From an uncultured delta proteobacterium (GTDB lineage: Bacteria; Myxococcota; Myxococcia; Myxococcales; Myxococcaceae), in contig CAWCKH010000004.1 of NCBI GenBank assembly GCA_963796055.1, positions 1,664,001 through 1,728,000 of the forward strand: 64,000 nt of DNA. Reading direction: 5' to 3'. The notes under the pieces were generated by a model, which saw only the letters and a list, made by a program, of their open reading frames with translations, was not told where the DNA came from and did not search any database. This document shows, piece after piece, positions 60,883 to 64,000 of this stretch. Position 1 is the first letter of the stretch. Every line of letters starts with the position of its first letter. The position numbers and the translations under genes are program-made.

Positions 60883-61683
60883 ATGGATGTCCCCGTTCAG
60901 GCGCTCTCGCCTCCAGCGCGCTCGCTCGCCCCGCGCGAGCACGGCGCCTACGGCCAGCTCGCGCTGCCGATGGCGGCAGCCCTCGCCAGCGGGCGGCCGG
61001 GCCCGGTCGCGCTCCTGCTCGCGGCGAGCGCCTGGGCGTTCTTCCTTGCCCACGAGCCTGCGCTGGTGCTCCTCGGCCGGCGCGGTGAGCGGGCGCGGAC
61101 CGAGCAGCGCCGCCGTGCGGTGAGCCGGCTTCTCGCCCTCGGGCTCGCCGGGGTCGCGCTCGGCGGCGCCGGGTTGATGCTCGTCTCCCCGTCGGTGCGC
61201 TGGGCGGCCCTGGCCAGTGCCGTCCTCGCCCTCGGCTTCGGCGCAGTGGTGGCGCTCGGAGGCGAGCGCTCGGCACCGGGTGAGATGCTGGCTTCCATCG
61301 CGCTCGCCGGGGCCGCCTTCCCGGTCGCCCTCGCCGCGGGCCTGCCCGAGGACGACGCCGCAAGGGCCTGGCTGGTCTGGTCGATCGGGCTTGCCGCCCT
61401 CGTTCTCCCGGTGCGGAGCATCGGCGCGCGCCGGCGAGGAAGCGCATCCCTCGTGTCGCGGCTGCTGCCGGCAGCAGTGGCGCTGTGCCTCGGCTTCGCA
61501 CTCCGGGGACGCCCGCTCACCCGGATGGACCTCGCCGCGCTCGCGGCGCTCGTCGTGACCAGCGCCTGGCTCGGGCTGACCCGGCCCGACCCGCGACACC
61601 TTCGCCGCGTCGGCTGGAGCATCGTGGGAGCCACGCTGGTGGCCGGGGTCGTGCTGGTCCTCGCCGTCCGGGTCGGCGCATGA
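60883..61683 (+). CDS. YwiC-like membrane protein
   Basis: [12 protein letters not shown]-terminal motif, multi-TM, RRVGW near the C-terminus. Confidence 0.8.
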   Translation: MDVPVQALSPPARSLAPREHGAYGQLALPMAAALASGRPGPVALLLAASAWAFFLAHEPALVLLGRRGERARTEQRRRAVSRLLALGLAGVALGGAGLMLVSPSVRWAALASAVLALGFGAVVALGGERSAPGEMLASIALAGAAFPVALAAGLPEDDAARAWLVWSIGLAALVLPVRSIGARRRGSASLVSRLLPAAVALCLGFALRGRPLTRMDLAALAALVVTSAWLGLTRPDPRHLRRVGWSIVGATLVAGVVLVLAVRVGA

Positions 61684-61748
61684 GGCGGACCTACTTCCTC
61701 GGGTGGGGCCCGCCCACTGCTGGCATTCGTTCCACGACTAGTTCCATA

Positions 61749-62825
<1,077 letters not shown>

Positions 62826-62871
62826 CTGGCACGCGTGGCTGGTCCAGGGCTCGTCGCGCGGCGTCGGCGCG

Positions 62872-62898
62872 ATGCCCAGCTGGAGCCGATCCACCTCG
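62872..62898 (-). repeat. Short integrase C-terminal scar similar to 1935-1964
   Basis: agctggagccgatccacctcg vs agcttgagccgattcacctcg (2 mismatches in 21); encodes EVDRLQL vs EVNRLKL. Confidence 0.5.
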
Positions 62899-62960
62899 CG
62901 GAGCCAACGAACGCGGCATTCAACCAGGGGGGTGAACTCGGCCAGGGGATCCGGCCTGCC

Positions 62961-64000
62961 TCATGTTTCGGACGAGGGGAGCACCGGAGCGAGCATCCGG
63001 GCCATCCGCGCCGGATGCCTGATTTCCTCTCCCTCCATCCATCGGTCCGCTTCCCCGACCAGCGCCCTCCCGCGCTCGCCCCCGACCAGCTCACCCAGAA
63101 TCCTGCGAGCGGCGGTCTCGTAGAGGCGCATGTCAGCGCGCTGGAAGCCAGCGATGGACTGCTCGAGCAGCACCGCGACCCGTGGTAGCTCGCCTCGACG
63201 GGCCCCGATCCCGGCACGCAACAACATCGCGAGCGGATCTCCGTAGGGCATGCCCTCCCGCTCGATGGCTTCGGCCGCACGTTCGACGACCCGCACAAGC
63301 GCTGGCTCCGCACGTGCAGCAACCCCGAGCGCAGCCCGAGCTCGGAGATAGTGTGCCTCGATTCGCAAGAGCTGGATGCGCAGGAGCATCGAACGCTTCA
63401 ACTCCGGCCAGGCCGCATCAATCCGCTCAAGCGCCGTGGCCGCTTTGCCCTCGTAGAGCTCGATCTGAACCCGAGCAAGCAAGGAATTGAAGTGCTGCCG
63501 GAAGAACTGCCGCTTCGACCACTCCATTCTCGCTGCGTCGAGCTCACGCCGTGCTCCCGCTGGGTCGTCGGCGGCGAGCCAGACGATGTTGTTTCGGGTG
63601 CGGATGTCGTTTGCCGCATACAAGTTGCCGCGCTCGAGCGCTCCGGCCATCAGTTCGGAAGCGCGGCGTCGGAGCTCGCGCATCTGGCCAAGGTACATGA
63701 TCGCTCCGAGCGTAAAGACGTGGCCGGTGGACAATTCCCAGGCGACACCCGTGCAGCGCTCCTTGAGCAAGGCCTCGGCTTCCTCGCAGAGCGCCAGGCT
63801 CCTCCGCCACTCCCCGATGAGCAATGCACAGGCGCCGCCCATCAGGGCCGTCAGGCTCGAGGCATGTGGATTGTTCACCCGGGCGGCGGTTTTCCGCGCC
63901 CCTTCGAGGAGCGTCTCCACTCTCTTCAGGGCTGGGCGCCCTCGCGTCGCGACGAGGGCCGCTTCGAGCGCGAGTCCCCGCGCCACGCGGTAAGGCTCTC
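62961..64000 (-). CDS. C-terminal helical region of a large protein, probably a myxobacterial kinase/AAA protein; partial
   Basis: CTGVAWE, ERGNLYA, W..LKRSMLLRIQ, EEIRHPARMARMLAP; frame runs off the window. Confidence 0.6.
   Translation of the reverse strand, partial: EPYRVARGLALEAALVATRGRPALKRVETLLEGARKTAARVNNPHASSLTALMGGACALLIGEWRRSLALCEEAEALLKERCTGVAWELSTGHVFTLGAIMYLGQMRELRRRASELMAGALERGNLYAANDIRTRNNIVWLAADDPAGARRELDAARMEWSKRQFFRQHFNSLLARVQIELYEGKAATALERIDAAWPELKRSMLLRIQLLRIEAHYLRARAALGVAARAEPALVRVVERAAEAIEREGMPYGDPLAMLLRAGIGARRGELPRVAVLLEQSIAGFQRADMRLYETAARRILGELVGGERGRALVGEADRWMEGEEIRHPARMARMLAPVLPSSET

Overview
High-GC window whose gene content (Ser/Thr kinases, sigma54 activator, clade II nos cluster, TM-extended OtsA) looks like Myxococcota, Anaeromyxobacter-like; this is an inference. 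It is a mosaic accessory region: intact modules are separated by short gene stubs and mobile-element scars. From left to right: DsbA-like gene; a truncated tyrosine integrase whose reading frame runs through a tRNA-Pro(CGG) 3' half (attP-like, with arm-type repeats on both sides) into an excisionase-like HTH domain; IS481 and IS91 remnants; compatible-solute genes (otsAB, treS, degenerate glucosylglycerate-synthase-like GT); a MarR/ClC/Spy-like/cytochrome c block followed by selenocysteine formate dehydrogenase-N (fdnGHI), with a shared GTTGG-N4-CCAAC operator; a Ser/Thr kinase; mddA bracketed by an inverted repeat; malic enzyme; and a clade II N2O reductase operon (ric, NAD(P)H flavo-FeS oxidoreductase, Rieske, cyt b, pentaheme cyt c, nosZ, nosB-like, nosD, nosF, nosL, nosY) under a predicted sigma54 promoter, divergent from ywiC and a sigma54 activator with no recognisable sensor domain. 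The best candidates for novelty are (1) the integrase-HTH gene with attP inside it, plus its scars at module junctions, and (2) the flavoprotein-Rieske/cyt b electron conduit to NosZ and its regulation. All calls come from motif reading by eye; no database search was run.
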